This document shows, piece after piece, positions 60,581 to 63,381 of a stretch of 63,381 bases of DNA. The DNA lies in NCBI GenBank assembly GCA_964255285.1, contig CAXUUL010000022.1:1-63381 (forward strand), in the 5' to 3' direction. The position numbers were made by a program, and so were the translations under genes. The DNA is from Ionaspis alba (Eukaryota). Within the stretch, counting starts at the first letter, position 1. Each line of letters begins with the position of its first letter. The notes under the pieces are model-generated. The model had not been told where the DNA came from and ran no database searches. It saw only the letters and a list, made by a program, of their open reading frames with translations.

Positions 60581-61925
60581 ATGAAGACTGGTATCTTCTC
60601 AATTGCTGTGCTTGCTTTGTTGCAAGTGGCCATTGCTCAACCTCATGGTAAGCCGGTCGCGACGATTACCCCTTTTGAGCGAAATTGATCAGTCGACAGG
60701 CCGAGCCTTGAAGCACCAACATCACCGCAGGCAGGCTGTTGTCACCGAGGTTGACTATGTGACCGTCGAGGCTGCCGAGGTGGTCGTCTACGTCGACGAG
60801 CACGGCAAGCCTGTTTCCACCACGACCATCTATGGCAATGTCCCCGCTCCCACTGATGCTCCTCCCGCACCACCAAGCACTCCCAACGCTCCGGCGTCGT
60901 CTCCCTCCGAGGCTCCTGCACCTGCATCAACAACTCCAGCAGCCGCTCCTCCCCCACCACCAGCGCCCAAGCCAACCACTCTGGTGCCTTCCTACGGACC
61001 ACCACCTCCTAAGCCCTCGGACACTCCCAAGGAGTCGGCACCTGCATCATCCCCTGCTTCGACCCCTCAATCGTCATCACCCGCACCAGCTCCCGCCTCG
61101 TCGAGCACTCCCCAACCTTCAAGCGGCCCATCCTCACCCCAAGGTCCCGGCTTCAACCACGGTATCTCCTACTCCCCTTACAATGCCGACAACAGCTGCA
61201 AAACCAAAGACCAAGTCGCTAAAGACCTAGCATCCATCTCCGGCTACCAAGTCCTGCGCCTCTACGGCACCGACTGCAAACAGGTCGAGAATGTGCTCGC
61301 GGCCATCAAAGGCAAAGGCGTACAGATCTTCGCCGGCCTCTTCGACATCGGCAACGTGGCCCAAGAAGCCCAGACCCTCATCTCGGCCGTCAACGGCGAC
61401 TGGAGCGTCGTCAACACCGTCAACGTCGGCAACGAACTCGTCAACAACGGCAAAGCCTCCGTTGACCAGGTCGTCGGCGCCATCGGCCAGGCCAAGTCCC
61501 TGCTCAAAGGCGCCGGCTACAACGGTCCCGTCGTGACGGTCGACACCATGGTCGCGATGAAGAACAACATCGGACTCTGCAAAGCCTCCGACTACTGCGC
61601 CATCAACTGCCACGCCTTCTTCGACGGCAACGTGGCCGCTGGTGACGCGGGCAAGTTCGTCCTTGGCTGGGTGCAGCAGATTGCCGCCGCGGCTAACAAG
61701 CCCGTCGTCGTGACCGAAAGTGGCTGGCCGTCGGCGGGTGATGCGAATGGCAAGGCGGTACCGTCCGAGCAGAACCAGCAGAAGGCCATCGAATCGTTGA
61801 AGGCTACCTTCTCAGATAATCTGATCCTTTATTCCGCGTACAACAACCAGTGGATGAAGGATAGTGCGTCGACGCACAACGCGGAGAAGTTCTGGGGGAT
61901 CATGGGCAACGCACCGAGCAGTTAG
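60581..61925 (+). CDS. Secreted GH17 cell-wall glucanase/transglucosylase (Scw4/Scw10/Scw11-like) with Pro/Ser-rich linker
   Basis: Signal peptide MKTGIFSIAVLALLQVAIA, intron about 60648-60699, HHRRQ, GISYSPY, LRLYGTDC.QV, VGNELV, NCHAFFD, TESGWPS, EKFWGI. Confidence 0.92.
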
Positions 61926-62930
61926 ATTTTCTTTCGGCTCTACTGCTGCGGTGTTTGTTTCCTACAAGCGATTCGTTGGAAAGAGGGTCAGGGAGAGGTT
62001 CGGTTTGTGTACACCAGTGACAGCCGCGAAGCGAGAGAAAGATTCCATGGATAGCATGCATGCATGATCAGGCCGCAAACAAGGGATTGAAAAATTGTCT
62101 TGACTTTGTGTACGGTATGGCGTGTAACGAATTCCTTGCATATTTGAAACCCGATTTCCCTTTTTTGCTTTCTTTTTTTCTAATGAGCTTTTACTTTCCG
62201 GCATGCTTTCTCATTTGTTCTTCATGGTCATGAATTCTGAATAGTCGCTTGCTTGGTTAGTGCCGGCTGGGACTGGTGTCAGAGGCATTGGGCGTGTGAG
62301 AGCATGACTTCTAGGGTAGATGTTTCTTCTTTCACTACTGTACATAGATACTTGTGTGGTGGTTGACCCACGCCTGTGGTGGCGAGATTTCCGGTGCTTT
62401 GAATGGAATTCTAAATCATGATATTGTTTGACATCTTTGAATGCATTGTGACCCAACTTGCAAATCCCACGTCCCTCCCGTCACAGTTCACATGGCAGGA
62501 CATGCTGCAACGCGACGTCCCGTGACACCAAGAGTGGTACAGACATGCGTCTGAAGTCGACCCACATGCAGTACTCCGCTTTGGTGAAACAAAACGGGAT
62601 AATCAACTGACCGAATGATCAGACGTGAAGCTCCAAACACAGGCGTGCTCGTGCTCCACAGCATCGTGTATTTGGTTCCCTGCTAGATGGAGAAACCTGC
62701 TAATCTACGCTGTTCATATTATGGGTAGTTCTACTCTCCTCTCCCTTTGTGGCTCCCCAATACCATCAGCTCTCTCCCCTCGACCAGCTTACCATTTCCA
62801 TTTTCTGGCAGAAGCTCCTCTGCACTCCTAGGATTGTTTGGTGACGCTAATGCTCTAGACCTCTCCTCCCTATTACTCTCCTGTGCGATTCACATAGATT
62901 GATCCGGGTAAGGATGACTGACGTAACCAG

Positions 62931-63381
62931 CCGCCAAGACACCAAATCCAGTAAGGGTAGGAGACGCAGGAAACGGCGAAGTAATCGTGGCAGCCAAGGC
63001 GGAGCTCAAACCCAAGCCAACAACGAAACTCACGAGCCCAACAATGGTCGTAGCGGCACAGACGGGCCTTGTGGACGCAGTGATCGTATTAGCAGAGGAG
63101 GCAACCCAGGAGGTCATGGCCGGAAGAGAGGGGAGCGAGGTGGTCGAGGCGGTGGATTTGAGCAAGGGAACACCGGCGGATTATTGAACGGGACTTCGTG
63201 GCTCGTGACTGCTGATCAGGAGCCGATTGGGAGTTGGATAAACCAGGGCGAGTACGAGAGTGGAATTAACCATCTTGGAGTTGATTGGTCGAGGATTGGT
63301 AATTGGGCTGATGGAGATGAGGGTGGGGCCAGGAAGAGTAGAGGTGGAGCAGTGGGGAAAGAAAGGGGTAGAGGAGGTGGA
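62931..63381 (+). CDS. Partial exon of a basic, RGG-rich hypothetical protein (runs off window end)
   Basis: CTGAC branch + CAG acceptor at 62930, then 150 stop-free codons (RQDTKSSKGRRRRKRRSNRG...RGERGGRGGG...RGRGGG) to the last base; upstream exons not resolved. Confidence 0.5.

Noticed and set aside
62890..63165. 91-aa hydrophobic minus-strand ORF
   Set aside because: No ATG or consistent exon chain found; better explained as the shadow of the plus-strand RGG exon
1..63381. Transposons, RIP-degraded repeats, tRNA/rRNA, CRISPR, secondary-metabolite backbone genes, PTS1 readthrough signals
   Set aside because: No transposase/RT/NRPS/PKS motifs, AT-rich blocks, T-loop/cloverleaf, repeat-spacer arrays or TGA-CTA stop contexts seen by eye; a covariance-model search could still find small ncRNAs

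Overview
Gene-dense, intron-rich nuclear DNA from a filamentous ascomycete (Pezizomycotina; short GT-AG introns with CTRAY branch sites). About 24 protein-coding genes, mostly housekeeping: PRP24, a DHA1 MFS transporter, a spliced orphan gene, an ABM-domain protein, a Trf4/Cid1-like nucleotidyltransferase, CRP1/MDG1-like CBM48, a LURP/Tubby-C protein, GAA1, MOG1, BUD20, ACO1, NSL1/Mis14, SEC14, GAR1, a threonyl-tRNA synthetase, SLM1, NDUFA9, RPN9, an SprT-HMG (GCNA-like) protein, then a cell-wall block GEL/GAS - FKS1 - LCB1 - GH17, and a partial RGG-rich gene. I saw no transposon, tRNA, rRNA or CRISPR. Top observations: (1) FKS1 hot-spot 1 reads FLTLPFKDP, i.e. it carries the Ser->Pro change equivalent to the clinical echinocandin-resistance mutation (C. 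albicans S645P); (2) a nucleotidyltransferase with a mitochondrial-type presequence whose third catalytic Asp appears replaced by Gln; (3) a divergent ThrRS whose upstream region has two TGAGTCA (Gcn4/CpcA) sites and three tiny uORFs; (4) a recurrent C-rich to G-rich switch in 3' exons; (5) competing splice sites giving immediate stops or a domain-breaking insertion. All family calls come from motif recognition by eye, not database searches, and exon boundaries are inferred from splice signals.
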